Source: Fimbriosthenelais zetlandica (Eukaryota). From it: a DNA stretch of 64,000 nt. The stretch lies in the NCBI GenBank assembly GCA_977030845.1, contig OZ365118.1, positions 21,204,001-21,268,000 on the forward strand, in the 5' to 3' direction. The position numbers and the translations under genes were made by a program. Below, in pieces: positions 50,301 to 62,470 of the stretch (within the stretch, counting starts at the first letter, position 1; each line of letters begins with the position of its first letter). Below the pieces are notes generated by a model that worked only from the letters and a program-made list of their open reading frames with translations, ran no database searches and was not told the origin of the DNA.

Positions 50301-53300
50301 GCACACACCACCTCCCCGCTAGGATCTAACGTTAGGCACGAGAACTGGACGGGCTGGGGTGAGGTGAAGGTCCTAAAGTTACGATATCTGAAATACACAA
50401 AATAAACATAAAAAATACTAATCATTTTAGATTTCATTTTATCTTTCCTCACTCCCCAATGAGTCTATGTACACGTACTTATAATTTTAATCTGGGCTAG
50501 AATCCTATTATTAGTGGCTTGAGAAAGAAGAATCATTTTTTATAAGTTTTAAGTTAATTAATTCTAAGTTTGATGTATACCTGTTAAGATCGTAGGCTCG
50601 GACGGTGCCATCTAGTGAGGCGGAGACGACGACTTGGCCGCTCTGACTGAAGCTAATCCCCGTCACTGAGGCGTGGTGCTCCGTGAAGGTGACGAAACAA
50701 AACCCGTTACTCGTGTTCCATACCTTTACCTGCAAATAATCATTATATTTATAGTGCTTTTCAATTTTAAGTTGTTTAATTATAAAGGGTCCAATAAAAA
50801 TGTGTTCAGTTATAAAGTGTCCAATCAAAATGTGTTCAGTTATAAAGTGTCCAATAATAAGGTGTTAAATTAAAACGTGTTCTATTAGAAATAAAAGTTG
50901 TGAATGAGTCTATTAATTACCTTGGAATCATCGCCTCCTGTAGCTATATACTGACCATCAGGAGAATAAACCAAACACTCCATGTTGTTAAAGTGACCCT
51001 GCTGTTTGAGTATGTAAGACTCACTCTGCCACTCCCACACTAAGAGCTGACCTATACCACCACAACCTAACGCCAGCCAGTCTCCGGACTTGTTGAATGA
51101 GATGGCGGAGATGGTCTGGTCAGAGATACTGAGTGAGTGAATGAGGTTAAAGTCCGGCATCTCGTGAAGGAAGAAGGCCCCGTCAGTGAAGCCTGTACAC
51201 AGTATGTGTGTGGGTTTGTGGAAGTCAGCTGTAGTCAGCTGAGCAGAGGGGGCGCCCTCCCCACGCGCTGCCTTATAATTCAATCTAAAATACAAAATAA
51301 TATAAATTATATTAATTCATTTTAAAACAAAAATGGTTTTGTTTTCCTACTCATAAAGTACAGGAAGTGTATTTATCATTTTCACTGTAAATACTGACCG
51401 GTTGGTACGTCTGTATAGAAGCCTCCCATCTGAAGACTGTTCTTTCTCTGTTGGTCTTACTTCTGGAAAAAAATACCAATTAAATTATTTAAAAGATATG
51501 AAAAACCGACTGTGGATTGTGGATTGAAAATTATTTTAATGAATAAGCGTTTTGATTTTTGTTGTTTTTACCTTGTATGTCTGGATCTGCTTCTGCCTCA
51601 GCTCCGTCAAACAGGTCCTGGTCAGGTTTAGCCCAGGGTCGGTCAGCATCAGTCTCAGGTTCCAGGTCCTCCAGCTCCAGACTAGCCTCCCATATACATA
51701 ACTGACCATTGACAGCTAGCGAATACATCTTATCACAGTTAAAGATTGTAAAAATAAAATGTGTATGGATGTAATCTAAAGGATTTTATCAGCTATCGCA
51801 GGATGGGAAACATGCTGTCGGCACAGTATAGTTTGTTCTTCTCAAACGGCAGCCGGTGAATTGATATCAAATTGTGTAAAAGGATACATCTAATGACTGA
51901 TGTTCAAAGAAGGATTTCACGATGGAGTCGGAATGGCCGCCTATAGAGTACCTGATGAGATTGGTGAACCTCTGTGAACCGTAAATTCTGGTGTTCATAT
52001 CTTTACTTCCTACCAGGAAAGCCCTGAAATAAAAAGTGTTGAAAAATCTTTTATTTCGGGGAAAGGATGCACCAAATTAAAATTCAATAGAACTATTATC
52101 ACTGTCTAGCTAGCTTATCTGTTATTAATTAAAATATTTTGTGGAATATTACACACCTTGAGTCACTGGTCCAGTCTATACAGACAGTCTCGTCGTAAGC
52201 ACCATGGAACACTCGGTACAACACAAAAGGGTTGAATTCTTTAGTCCGTCCAGGCGCATGGAAAACCTGGACAGAATTATCCTTGGTCACCGCAAATTTC
52301 CTACATCACAAAAATAAATGATTACCCAGAGAAAAATTAAGGATGGAAAGGAAAGAAAGGACAATTTATTTTTATAAAATAAAATAAAAGTTGACTTACG
52401 ATCCATCAGGACTGAAGCTGACAGCATGAACGTTACTTTTAAAATCATAATGGTGGAGCACAGACCGGCTCATCATACTGATCAGCATGGCACGTCCCTC
52501 TGAAAATTAACCAAAATTAAACAAGATTAAACAAAGATTTTCCCAAAGATACTACGATGGATATTGAAAGTTAGACTTGCCAATTTCGCAAGTCTGAAAT
52601 TACAAAATGAATTGTGGTTATGAGACCATATAGCTCAAGATTCTTTACATATATAACTTACTAACGAATGCAAAATTATCACTTAATAGACTAGAGATAA
52701 ATACATATATTCAAATCCTCAAGAATTTTAGTCCTTTTTATCCATATTTTTTGTAAAACTAACCTTCATTTACAGCTATGAGTAAATTGCCATCAGGAGA
52801 GAGCGCGGCAGCTGTGATATTATACTGACTTTCTACCGGCAATGTTTCTGCCCTATTACTGAAAGTAGATGAACAAATCAAATTAGTTTGGATACATATA
52901 CATTTTTTAAAGTCAGAAAACTTCAAAAGTGAAGGGATATATATAATTATTTACCTGAAGCCTAATACAATTCACATTAGGTCATTCAATACTGTATATG
53001 TGAAAAAGTAGGGTATTATGACATGATAACTTATACTTACTTATACTTATAAGCTGTACTTACTTTTTCAGATCAAATATGCTGAGCCTGTTACCCACGG
53101 GGCTGATGACACTGTTCCCATCAGGCGTGAATGTCAGGTTTCCCTTTCGGTACACAGTACCCAGGAGATTAGAAAACTGTAAAGGATGAATTATGACTTT
53201 TCAAATTATTAATATTGAGTCGTAAACAAGACTTAAAGACAGCATTTGCTATTATTGTTTACGTCAAGATTGGAGGAACTCACGTGTCTGGGCGATAATA

Positions 53301-53370
53301 GGGGAACCTATATTTAAACGAGTTATTTGAACAAAATAAAAACAATACTCACGCGATAAGAAAACTTCAT
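47331..53370 (-). CDS. PWP2: Periodic tryptophan protein 2 homolog (UTP1, WD40-repeat SSU processome UTP-B subunit), 18 exons, about 929 aa
   Basis: Exons (minus): 53353-53370, 53064-53176, 52764-52858, 52400-52499, 52157-52300, 51888-52023, 51572-51728, 51399-51462, 50921-51284, 50581-50729, 50240-50387, 49938-50088, 49587-49767, 48929-49076, 48594-48765, 48216-48434, 47776-48001, 47331-47535. Total 2790 nt in frame. N-terminus MKFSYRFSNLLGTVYRKGNLTFTPDGNSVISPVGNR; GQLLVWEWQSESYILKQQGH; SLDGTVRAYDLNRYRNFRTF; FLDRRKMTEFG; acidic C-terminus. Confidence 0.97.
47694..47761. repeat. (TGAA)17 microsatellite in the last PWP2 intron
   Basis: Perfect tetranucleotide run. Confidence 0.95.
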
Positions 53371-53559
53371 GATGAGTTATACATCCACCGGTGATTAAAC
53401 ATTAGAATATGTCGATATATTTGATAAATTTCCCGAGAATAGGGGTTCAATTAGTAGTATACCTTCTTCCTGACTTCTTCCTGTCAGAAAATGGCAAAAC
53501 ACCCGACCGGCTGAAACTTTTTCACGCCACTCCCGTAGGAAAAACCCCTAATATCGCTC

Positions 53560-54335
53560 ACAACTCGTCGTTTACAGATTTTCAGACGGCTTACCTCTGT
53601 TTTTTTGCATAGAATGAATTCTTCATGAAAATTTACTTATGGATTTCAATTTTGGCTGGTTTTGGTGCAGTCCCAGACCAACAAACACTGTCTAAATATT
53701 CCAAGCGACGCACTTAGCATTGAGCGTTAGTTCTCACTTATGCCGGTGGTGGGGTAGTTGCATGGGGCAAGGGCGGTCTCGCCGTTTACATGTTTCAGAC
53801 AGATTACCTCTGTGTTTTTGTATGCGATGAGTTCTTCATGAAAATCTACCGAGGGATATCAATTTTGGCAGATATTGGTGCTTTCTTAGATCTACAAACG
53901 ACGTCTGAAAATTCCTACCGATGCCCCTGGAGCTCTGGAGGTCCCTGGACCCTAGATCAGTCTGCAGAACAGGCTAGCCTAGGCCTACTAGGCTAGGCCT
54001 ACATGGTCAAATTGTCATTTCAAATCCTTTTTGTAGGCCTAGGCGTAATATTTGGAGCCTAGTTCTCCTTCGAGTAGGCCTAGGCCTAGGCTTTCTCCCA
54101 ATGCCATCGAGCAATGGCCTACTGGTAGCCTGACAACCAAGCCTCACGGGCTCCCCCCAGCGACCCAGTACGGGGGAGGGACGGATGCTCTGTCTCGCCT
54201 ACTGGAAGGATAGACGGAGTATCTGTCCCGGTCTTGTTTACAGGCTACTGGAAGGACGGGTCGTTAGTTCCCACGTTTGCCGGTGGTGGGGTAGTCCGGC
54301 ACCGGCTTAGGCGCTCAGCTGATGGTGGTGACAAG
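53560..54335. repeat. Modular dispersed repeat, copy A (upstream of PWP2)
   Basis: 53935-54112 and 54248-54333 match 61871-62044 and 62044-62128; a sub-module (CGTTTACA..CTTACCTCT..TTCTTCATGAAAAT) occurs near 53568, 53782 and 62271; rich in AGGCCT/CCTAGG palindromes. Confidence 0.8.
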
Positions 54336-55139
54336 AAACAGCTAATGCTCAATGCTAAATTAGGCCTAATGGTAGTGTCATGGCCAACGACATAGCATTG
54401 AGCATTATATTATCAGCTCAAGAGCAAGAAAAACTATTTTACTATTCAGAGAAACTTTAATGCGTTCATCTGAAGATCCTATATATAACAGATATAAAAA
54501 GTCCTATGACAAGAATACAAGCATTATATAGGCAAGGGAAGGCATTGGTCTACCCCAATCGGTCTACAAATGCTGGGTACACAATTTTGAGGACAATTTT
54601 ATTTAAACCAATTCCACCTTTCGGTGTATTTTCAGGCAGTGCAACTTTATAATATTTACACTATATAGTATAGTTATAAAATTAACAAATCAGAAATGAA
54701 ATACATTGATTGATTGATACAAAAGAAATTACAATTATATATGATTATCCGAATTACTAACATGACATTAAAAATAAAATAAAATAAACAAAAAACTTTG
54801 CGACTTTGTTGTTAACACTTAAACACCTGCTGCAACACACTTTAAGTCATGAAAAATAGAGAGGTCAGACAAATAATTTACAAAAATAATTTAAATCTAC
54901 AGTAGTGATAAGTCTAAACCAAAGGCTCAATCATTGGAAAAATGTACTTTTAACCGGGAATTAAAAAGGTCATAGCAGGTAATTTATTCCAATTTACTCT
55001 GCCTATATACCATAGATTTTTCTTAAATTTTGTGATTTAAATCGTTCTATATTAAAAATCGGTCCATCAAAAATTCTAACATTAATTGTGGAGTGTTTCA
55101 GTAGTGACTTATCAGTACGGTAATGGAACATAATAGCCT

Positions 55140-55780
55140 ACATAGTAGCCTTATCATACGCATAATATTCAGTCTTTGTAATCATTAAATAAAGTTTTAA
55201 CTAGGGTGTAATTATTCATGAGTGTACAATAACGCATAGCTCTATTAAAGGCCACGTCAATACGCTTGACATCTAATTCACTTGCAGAAAAGTTAAATAT
55301 ATTATTTGTTTCGATTACAGGAAGGATATAACTTTTTAAAATTAATTTAGCTGTATCGTAGTTCATTAAATGTCTGCGCTTTACGTAAAGACCAAGTCTT
55401 GAATAATAATTATTCAAAGTTTGTGTGATGTTAGCGTTCATACATAAATTATTATCCAAATTCACACCAAGATATTTAACAACTTTCTTGCGAGTAATCT
55501 GGAGATATATAGGTTTGGAATGTCATTAGGCTTATTTAAACAATGTACTTGAAATATGTTTTTTTTAAAGTTGATTTTAAGTCCATTATTCGTACACCAA
55601 AGTTGAAAAGCATTGATATCTAACAAAAGCTGTATCATCAGCATACATAGAGATTTTACAATTTAATTTTACTTTTGCCAATCATTAATAAAAATTAAAA
55701 AAAATTAACAATATTGGTCCTAACAAAGTTCCTTGAGGCAATATCCCTGCACCAATCATCTTGGTATTTTGTTTATTGTG
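55140..55780 (-). mobile_element. Decayed, 5'-truncated non-LTR retrotransposon (LINE) reverse transcriptase fragment
   Basis: Minus-strand translation across frameshifts gives GILPQGTLLGPILL (near 55720-55750), MYADDTA (near 55630-55650), WCTNNGLKIN and KLILKSYILPVIE, which are RT core and thumb-region motifs of CR1/L2/Jockey-like LINEs. Confidence 0.75.
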
Positions 55781-56573
55781 GTTGGTTTTGATTGAAGCAG
55801 GGAATGACTCACGACCCCCGACCCTGTATAATGTCGCTGTCCAGAACCCCCCCGCCCCCTACCCCCCTTGAAAAAAATCATGGATCCGGCATATCCGCAA
55901 TTTTTCTGAGTGTATAATAATTTGCATTTTAACATTTGATATACCTTTCTTATGGTTATTAAAGAGTGGATATTACAATACGGTAGTGGAATTCATCATG
56001 TAGGCCTATCTTATGAAGGAAATAGCAATTCCTTGCCATCAACTTCTTGGAAACTTTATTTAGTGATAGGTAAATCGCGATTTCTTCTTTTTTTTTTGCA
56101 TTATCTGCATTATTCAGATACGATGCAAAATTTAGTCCATTTTTAAACATTTTGTATACAATACACTTTTTTTTATTTATCATAGAGATGAGAACCTAAA
56201 CAGGATGGAGATCACTATGTCCCACCAACTAGGGAATTTCGATGATTTTAGAAGGGAGACATACAGAGGGAGAAATAGCTTCCGTATTCAAGTATCAAAC
56301 CAGTAGGCGGGCCTACCAGTAGGCTAGGCTAAATAATCTATATTAGGAATTGAATATAGGGCCTACTGTTGGGATAGGCCAAATTTCATAGCATATTTTG
56401 AACCTATGATAGTGATAGAGAAATTTATTAAAGTTCTGAAATTCGCAGTAATGAAAAAAATCAAAATTTCGCATTCCGCGCAGTATAATACAAATACAAA
56501 GCGCCGCGCTATAGTGCAGATTTACGTCAACGATCTGTGAAACACGGGGATGAGAATGGGTGTGAAGAGGTTG

Positions 56574-58121
56574 GGGGCGCTACCTAGAAACCACCGGGAT
56601 GAGAACATTGTTATGTTGGGTGTCCACAGCTTCTTTAGCTGTGGAACAGGATAGGCTACGCAAACAGGTTGCCACGCTTATTATACTTACTGGAAACCAG
56701 TGTTTCCTGTGTCCATCATCTCCTCCATCCTCACGCTCATCTTCATGCTGATCCCGTCTTCATGCTGATTTTTCGGAGCCACCCGTCAGAAGATAGCCGA
56801 GTGTCGGATGTGTATCGGGAGCACCGAATTTTGGGTGGAAGATCGAGATCATCAAAGTTAAGGGGGTATATCGGGTTGCGCTAAGTTGAGGGGGAGTGCC
56901 GCTCAACCTCGCTCACCGGAGATACCCGCAGAACCCGACTTACTGGAGCCGACAGCCAAAACCGAATACACCGGAGCCAACCCCTAAACCCAACTCACTG
57001 GAGCCACACACTAGAAGATAGCCGAGTGTCGGAGGCGTATCGGGAGCACCGAATTTTGGGTGGAAGATCGAGATCATCAAAGTTAAGGGGGTATATCGGG
57101 CTGCGCTAAGTTGAGGGGGAGTACCGCTCAACCTCGCTCACCGGAGCTACCCGCAGAACCCGACTTACTGGAGCCGACAGCCAAAACCGAATACACCGGA
57201 GCCAACCCCTAAACCCAACTCACTGGAGCCACACACTAGAAGATAGCCGAGTGTCGGAGGCGTATCGGGAGCACCGAATTTTGGGTGGAAGATCGAGATC
57301 ATCAAAGTTAAGGGGGTATATCGGGCTGCGCTAAGTTGAGGGGGAGTACCGCTCAACCTCGCTCACCGGAGCTACCCGCAGAACCCGACTTACTGGAGCC
57401 GACAGCCAAAACCGAATACACCGGAGCCAACCCCTAAACCCAACTCACTGGAGCCACACACTAGAAGATAGCCGAGTGTCGGAGGTGTATCGGGAGCACC
57501 GAATTTTGGGTGGAAGATCGAGATCATCAAAGTTAAGGGGGTATATCGGGCTGCGCTAAGTTGAGGGGGAGTACCGCTCAACCTCGCTCACCGGAGCTAC
57601 CCGCAGAACCCGACTTACTGGAGCCGACAGCCAAAACCGAATACACCGGAGGCACCCCCTAAACCCAACTCACCGGAGAGACACCATCCAAAGGTGCCCC
57701 ACGTCCAAGAGTCGATTCTGGGAAAAAAGAACAATATTTTGACATAAGAAGCAAGGGAGCCTAAACTACCAGGAACTGCCTACATTCATACATATTATTT
57801 ACAATGCTTCCAGAATCACATATAGGGGCCTATAAAAATTCATTTTCTATGTAATATATCATGATGCTAAATATTTTAAAATGGGTTGGCCAGAAATACA
57901 CTAGCAGTACAAATCATCTGGTGTTAAACAGGCTATAAAAAGAGGAAATCAATTATTTGTTTTTTTGTGATATTGTTAACATCTCCTGCAATCAATAATC
58001 TGGATCCTGGGCTAGCCCTGACCAAAATACACTATGCAAATTCTAAAAATTTTCGTTATTTTGCTCCTGGCCAGTATAGAATAACAATGATATGGAATTT
58101 GTCTTGTCTAGGTAGCGCCCC
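56574..58121. mobile_element. Non-autonomous DNA transposon with 15-bp TIRs, a 3-bp flanking duplication and an internal tandem array
   Basis: GGGGCGCTACCTAGA at 56574-56588, its exact reverse complement at 58107-58121, and TTG directly outside both ends (56571-56573, 58122-58124). Confidence 0.65.
56788..57678. repeat. 225-bp GC-rich tandem repeat, about 4 near-identical copies
   Basis: AGAAGATAGCCGAGTGTCGGA recurs at 56788, 57013, 57238 and 57463; identical 63-aa spurious ORFs are spaced 225 nt apart in the ORF track. Confidence 0.95.
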
Positions 58122-58982
58122 TTGAGTCCATCGATAACCCACCAGTGGGGTCCCATAAAATCAAAGGTCTTGTATGGCAAGTTAACTTTTATATATCCGT
58201 GATGTATAAATCCATGATAAACAGAAAAAGTAATCCAAAATAAAAAGGTTCCAAAATCCAAAATGAAAAAATCGTCGTTTCCAAATGTTGAAGGAAAAAG
58301 CGGCAAGAATAGATAACTGTATTAATCCAATGTGTAATCCACAGAAAAATGATGTAGGCTAATTCGCGCAAAAAGTCAGGTTAAAAAGATCCACTAGCCT
58401 GATATCCAAATATTCCAGTTGTTTTCCAAAACGAGGAATATAGATTTTTAGAGTTATATATAGAATATAGAGCTATGATTTTTTTTAGTTAGGACTTGTA
58501 TAGTAGTTAAAAAGGACTTTACTACATGTGGGAATAAGCCTTAAACTTAAAACGGAAGCTACTCTGTTCCCATTTTGACTATTAGAGTCTTTTGTTTTTT
58601 TCTTGTTTCGGGCACTCCGACGGTAAGGGCAATGGGCGAAATAACACAAGAGTGAAAATTAATTTGGCATGTTGACCTACTGAAAGTGTCCTAATTTTGA
58701 CCCCTGACTTGATTTATAAAAAAATAAAATAAATCCCTGATAGTTTCCGACATTTAAAATTCACACCTTAATATTATATTTTTATCTTGTGAGATTGTGA
58801 CACCGACATAAAAAAGGGACCGATGTACACCCCTGATTGCCATAAAACTTCCACTAGTAACAATAAAATTCAAGATTCAAACAGACATTTCAACCACGTT
58901 GTAAAAAGCTAATATATACATGTTCCTTGGTAACCTGTGACTACAGCCTACTCCTAATCAAACCTAGTCATTTTGGAGTTAC

Positions 58983-61630
58983 CTTGTATATAGGGATGGA
59001 CACCGGCGACTTGGTGGGTAAGGCAGCTGGTGGAGTGGTCAGTAAAGAGTCTATCAGTTCGTGGTGGGGCAGGTGGACCAGCTCATTATAGCGATGCCAC
59101 TAACTATAGAGTCCAGCTCATTGGCAAAGCTTGAGTCAGTGTCCTGGTCAAATCTGATATATTGGCAAAGCTTCAGAAAAGGTCCAGCTCTTTGACTGTG
59201 CCATTAACATAATGAGTCCATCTCATTGGCACAGTCAGAGGGAGTGGAGGTGGTGAGAGTTCAGCAATCGTGAGCACTGGTCATCGGGTGGTCATAGTTG
59301 GTCGGATTTGCGTCGTCCATCCTGTGTCCATCCCTTCAGACGACTTGATTAAAGATGACTTGAAGCTGTAGACAATGACATGACATAACAAATACCTGCC
59401 TAATCCTATTCTAAAACCTTATTTGTTCTAACTAAATGTAAAATGCGTAGTAGTTCTAGTAGAAGGTGTGTGGTGAGTGCAGCGGTGGTGAGTGGAGTGG
59501 CCGTCGTCTTGAAGTGTTGACCTCCAATGATGACCTCATGACCTCTCGTGACCTTGACCTTGCCATCCTTCAGGGAGAGAGCTATCTGCCAGAGCTAGCC
59601 AGATGGGAAATCTAAGATATTAAAATATAATATTTTAAATGATATCTAAAATATTAAAACAAGCAAAAAATATAATATACAGTGAGAAAACCGTACAATA
59701 TACAGTAAATCATTTTTATAAATATTAATAAATTTGATATCATAGCTGAAATATCAGAGAGTTCATGCTAAAACTCACCTAGCGAGTGTAAATGGAGAGA
59801 GACAGGTACAGTGAGCGAGGCCTCAGTTCACATGGCGGGAACGCTGCCTCCCCCTAGTGACAAAATCAAACACTACTTTAATATCTGAGACCAAAAATAA
59901 TAATGGCAAAATTGCCAAATATATTTAAAAACAGCACATATAAAATACATAAAAAGCTAAGGGCATTTATTTATTATCACTGTACAAAATGTAGGTCACC
60001 AATTTATATATAAACAAGGGGAATGTCATAAATCATAGGCCTAATTTACCAGGAGTAGCAGATTTTAAGCTTCTTCCTAATTTATTCATTTATTCAATTA
60101 TTAATTCCCTAATTAACTTATTCCATACTATTTCCACACTATGAGTGCCTAAGCTGCCCTAACAGAAGTCTTGGGTGAAATTTATCGCATCTATTATTTT
60201 GTTGTCAACCAAACAATAAATAGAGATATGCATAGGACACACATATTTAGTCAGAAAATTTTTTGGGATGAAGTCAGTAATGTCTCTTTCAAATTGACAT
60301 GTGCTAACCCCGAGTGGAAATGGAGGCGTAGATTTTTCCCTCCCCTCCTCTTAAAGGGTCATGGTATAGGTGGGCTGGACTGGGTTGGCATGGTTATAAT
60401 TGGATTGAGTTATCTAATAACTGTGTCGTGCAATACAATACGGCGGAGGATACTATAGTCCCATATACTCCCCCCTCCCCATCCCCCAATGGTAAGAATA
60501 TAGGATCATCAAGGAGCATAATGTGTCATAGAATGTAATTATAATATACATGACATGATGAAATAAGGTACTATAGAATACATGATGAAATAAGGTACTA
60601 TAGAATACATGATGAAATAAGGTACTATAGAATACATGATGAAATAAGGTACTATAGAATACATGATGAAATAAGGTACTATAGAATACATGATGAAATA
60701 AGGTACTATAGAATACATGATGAAATAAGGTACTATAGAATACATGATGAAATAAGGTAGTATAGAATACATGATGAAATAGGGTAGTATAAAATACACA
60801 ATGTTTTTTTTTCTTGAATTCTCCTGGAAGGATGCGAGTTTTTGAATTAAACCAATTATAAATGGAATGACGGTGTGGTTGGATAATGTTAAACAAGGAA
60901 AATCAGAAATTTACCTCATCATGTGGGCTCGACAACATCAGGGCCTATGACTCAATGTCAACAAGAGATATGTGAGGCCTCAGAACGGGTCTGAAAACAA
61001 TAAACACATGAACAGAAACATGTCGAAAACTTAGGATTTGAGTCTATTTCCATTCCATAATCAGTCGTTATATGTAAACATCGTAGAGAGACATTTTATG
61101 TCCAAATAGGCCGCCGGGCCGCCCTGTCATTATCAAAATAGTATCAGTCACAGATCAACAAGCCGCCATATTGCATAACACGGATCAACGAGGGGCAGCA
61201 AAGAATTCACCTCGCCACTTCACAAACAACGCGCATCCACTTCTAACACTGGTCTAGTGATTGAGAAATGTTCTATTTTCATTTAGGCAACATTTAGTGT
61301 CAATACATCTAGTTAGGATCCATTTATCGTTACTAACAATAGCCTGGGATTGACCTACTGTCAGCCCAGTCTGATCTGTCAATGTCAATGAGCAATTGTT
61401 GATTCGATCTACTCAAGTTGACAATCGCTGAAAACAAGTAAATAATCACGATTCGGTCAATTTGTTGTGCCCAGGGTGATCTTGAATGTTCAATCTTACG
61501 TAAATGATTACGATACGGTAAGGATGCAAAGTATTTCTGAAATAAATTAAAGTTTAATGAACTCACCTATGAATTGGAACGTGGCACCGCAAAGCGCGTG
61601 TCTGGATTTAACCAAACCGAGGCTCCGCCA
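58983..61630 (-). ncRNA. Candidate multi-exon long non-coding RNA or transcribed pseudogene
   Basis: Chain of GC-richer blocks bounded by canonical splice sites on minus: exon ending 61567 (AG|GTGAGT), 61211-61253, 60915-60990, 59779-59853, and a block from acceptor 59611 and/or 59365 to donor 58983. CCAAT (61641-61648) and GC-rich elements lie upstream. No long ORF in the spliced reading. Confidence 0.45.
60554..60798. repeat. 27-bp minisatellite, about 9 copies
   Basis: Unit CATGATGAAATAAGGTACTATAGAATA; explains the repetitive ORFs at 60453-60896 and 60539-60799. Confidence 0.95.
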
Positions 61631-61840
61631 TTCTCGCTCGCTGATTGGCTGAGAGGCACGGCCGGAGCTGGCTCTTCCAACTAACACGCCTGCCCCCCGC
61701 TACAGTCAGAGTTTGTTTTCTTTTTGTTTTCCCCCCTATTTCCACAAAAAAAATGATACTATAGGCCCCATTTTGGAAGTCAGATAAGTTCGAAACTAAC
61801 CTTTAGCCACCTTAGTTGTTGTCTTGGCCGCAATTTTGTG

Positions 61841-62470
61841 GGGGCGCTACTGCACGCGGTCAGCTAGCCCCTGGAGGTCCCTGGACCCGGGCCCCTAGAT
61901 CAGTCTGTAGAACAGGCTAGCCTACTAGGCTCGGCCTACATGGTCAAATTGTCATTTCAAATCCTATTTGTAGGCCTATGCGTAATATTTGGAGCCTAGT
62001 TCTCCTTCGAGTAGGCCTAGGCTCTACTCCCAATGCCATCGAGCTGGAGGACGGGTCGTTAGTTCCCACGTTTGCCGGTGGTGGGGTAGTCCGGCACCGG
62101 CTTGGGCGCTCAGCTGATGGTGGTAACAATCAGTGCTGACACCTGGTGGATTTTCGCTGAAGTAATGGCGCGGCGGAGTTCAGTTCACTCGCAGCACACA
62201 AGGTGGCGGTACAAAATAGCGGCCAATGCTCCTATTATCGCCCACAATAACAAACCGCTTCCATTATCTCGCTGTTTACAGGTTTTCAGGCAGCTTACCT
62301 CTCTTCTTTTGCACTTGGTGAATTCTTCATGACAATCTACCGACGGATTTCACTTTAGGTTCATTGGGATGCTTTCATAGATCTGCAAATGCGGTCTGAA
62401 AATTCGGACCGACGCTCCACTGACTTATCATTGAGCGTTAGTTCTCTCTTTTGCCGGTGGTGGCGCACAA
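61841..62470. repeat. Modular dispersed repeat, copy B
   Basis: Homologous to copy A but lacks about 135 bp (54113-54247) and has the modules in a different order. It begins with GGGGCGCTAC, the same first 10 nt as the TIR at 56574. Confidence 0.8.

Noticed and set aside
56940-57581. Three identical 63-aa ORFs
   Set aside because: Artefact of the 225-bp tandem array; no recognisable domain or splice context.
59854-60914. snoRNA C boxes (ATGATGA) in the 27-bp repeat within the candidate lncRNA intron
   Set aside because: The motif is on the strand opposite to the predicted transcript, and there is no paired D box or terminal stem.
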